From Octopus bimaculoides (lineage: Eukaryota): 64,000 nucleotides of DNA. This document shows positions 62,495-64,000 of this stretch, in pieces. Position numbers and translations under genes: made by a program. The stretch lies in assembly GCF_001194135.2 (NCBI RefSeq), contig NC_068981.1, positions 123,306,740 through 123,370,739 of the forward strand, given 5' to 3'. Numbering within the stretch: the stretch's first letter is position 1; each line of letters begins with the position of its first letter. The notes beneath the pieces are model-generated. The model was not told the origin of the DNA. It made no database searches and saw only the letters and a program-made list of their open reading frames with translations.

Positions 62495-62740
62495 AATATT
62501 ACAAGTAGGATTTAGCAAATATTACAGGGAAACAACATAAGTGGGATATGAAGACTGTAGTATGATTTCATCTATTGAAAATTAATATTGAAATGTCATC
62601 TCAGCTGGAAGTTTTTCTTCTACTTCAGTGAAATATATTATTGGCATATTCCATTTCAAATATAATGAAAGCAAGGATGGGTATATACGTAGACACACAT
62701 GTCTGTGACCGTGTGCGCATAATATATTCATTCATAGACT

Positions 62741-62786
<46 letters not shown>

Positions 62787-62796
62787 NNNNNNNNNN

Positions 62797-62854
<58 letters not shown>

Positions 62855-63416
62855 CATACACTTATATACATATATATATTATACTTATAAATGTGTTGTG
62901 TGAATTAACGTGCCCGTATGTTCATGTGTGCAAATATATAAATATCAAGAGACCAACACAAAGAGTGGGGTGGTGTAAGTATGAAACGAAACTCTCATAA
63001 ATACCTGCAAGAGAAATGTCAGAACGAAAAGATGTGCAAAGCAGAAGAGATATACATAAGGAAATAAATAGCATAAAGTCCAACTTAATATATCAAAGAG
63101 TAAGTGTTCAAATTTGTCATAGGGCGATTCCGGATACAAAGTATTATGATATATGAAGTTAAATAATCTTTGTAATAAGTTGAGTATACGCTGCTAGGAC
63201 TTGACAAAGAAAATAAATCACTATATAATAGATTTCTGTATTTCGAAAACAGATACATATGAACGGAGTCTGGTGAGAATTCTATAGATTAATACACGCA
63301 GTTTTCTTGAGTCATTTGGCATTTTCCTTTATTCTACGCTTAGAGAGACAGATATTCATAAACTCACCCGCACGCAAACACACACATTTAAATATTTATA
63401 TACATTTACATACACT

Positions 63417-63461
<45 letters not shown>

Positions 63462-63615
63462 TTATATTTATAAGCATAAAAACACATGCATACATGTATG
63501 ACTGAATATGTATGTGCGTGTGTGTCTGTGTGTCAGTATCTGTCTGTGTGTATGTGCAAGTATGTGTGTGTGTATGTGTGCGTGTGTGTGTATGTGACTG
63601 AGTAGGCTTATGTTA

Positions 63616-63670
<55 letters not shown>

Positions 63671-63789
63671 AACACGACTAAGTTCGGATGTCATTTGTTA
63701 TATCAAGAATCTAGTGTCTGTGTAGCACATCCCGCATTGTTCTTTTAGAACAATAAAATACATGTGCTCTTCTTAATTAAAATTTCTAG

Positions 63790-63960
63790 CCTGTAGCATC
63801 CTCCTTAGAAATTGCTGCGTTTTCGACTTCTTTGCAGTCATTTTTATAGTGAGCACCCCATATTCATACAGATGTAGACGCCAGAATTTAAGTGGTAGTG
63901 TTTTGATTAACGGTGTAATCAACCCTTTAGTTACTGGAACGCAGAACAGAATAAGCCATC
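63790..63960 (-). mobile_element. Possible CR1/L2-like LINE post-RT remnant
   Basis: ILASTSV*IWGAHYKNDCKEVEN resembles LEYAS.VW.PHYKKDI..LEKVQ. The match is short and weak. Confidence 0.3.
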
Positions 63961-64000
63961 ACTAAATATTTTGCTTAGTATATCCCACTCTTCTGCCGTT

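Larger units (their letters stand above)
7320..62796. other. 14 assembly gaps (about 5.4 kb of N)
   Basis: Gaps at 7320-7495, 10892-10969, 14251-14455, 19034-19177, 26284-27010, 29958-30366, 31878-32325, 33925-34375, 36543-36552, 40497-41494, 52700-53541, 55103-55990, 59982-60000 and 62787-62796. Most abut microsatellites. Confidence 0.97.

Overview
This is an AT-rich, repeat-dominated eukaryotic window from a draft assembly, with 14 N-gaps totalling about 5.4 kb, most of them flanked by microsatellites. The SINE, LINE and microsatellite content strongly suggests a cephalopod, probably Octopus; this is inferred from repeat families I recognise and was not searched. I could not support any intact host protein-coding gene, rRNA, tRNA gene or CRISPR array, and most ORFs in the supplied track are microsatellite or N-gap artefacts. 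The recognisable coding content is decayed transposon. It includes a 2.5-kb Helentron/Helitron2 Rep-PIF1 helicase remnant (11.3-13.7 kb) abutting a Penelope-like GIY-YIG endonuclease remnant, and Tx1/L1 LINE pieces (1-297; a tandem pair at 21.7-25.7 kb). There are also several R4/Dong-type (RLE) LINE pieces, RTE 3' ends, a mariner remnant, two 3' halves of an IS630-Tc1-mariner-like transposon, and a Penelope RT remnant. Non-coding elements include canonical non-autonomous Helitrons, one with both termini intact, and at least three tRNA-derived SINE families, several with clear 15-16 bp TSDs. The most interesting observation is a short element at 11.0-11.26 kb on the minus strand. It joins a tRNA-like Pol III head and an (AAT)n spacer to a degenerate minimal type I hammerhead ribozyme of the kind found in Penelope-like elements, so it is a candidate hammerhead-bearing SINE mobilised by Penelope elements.
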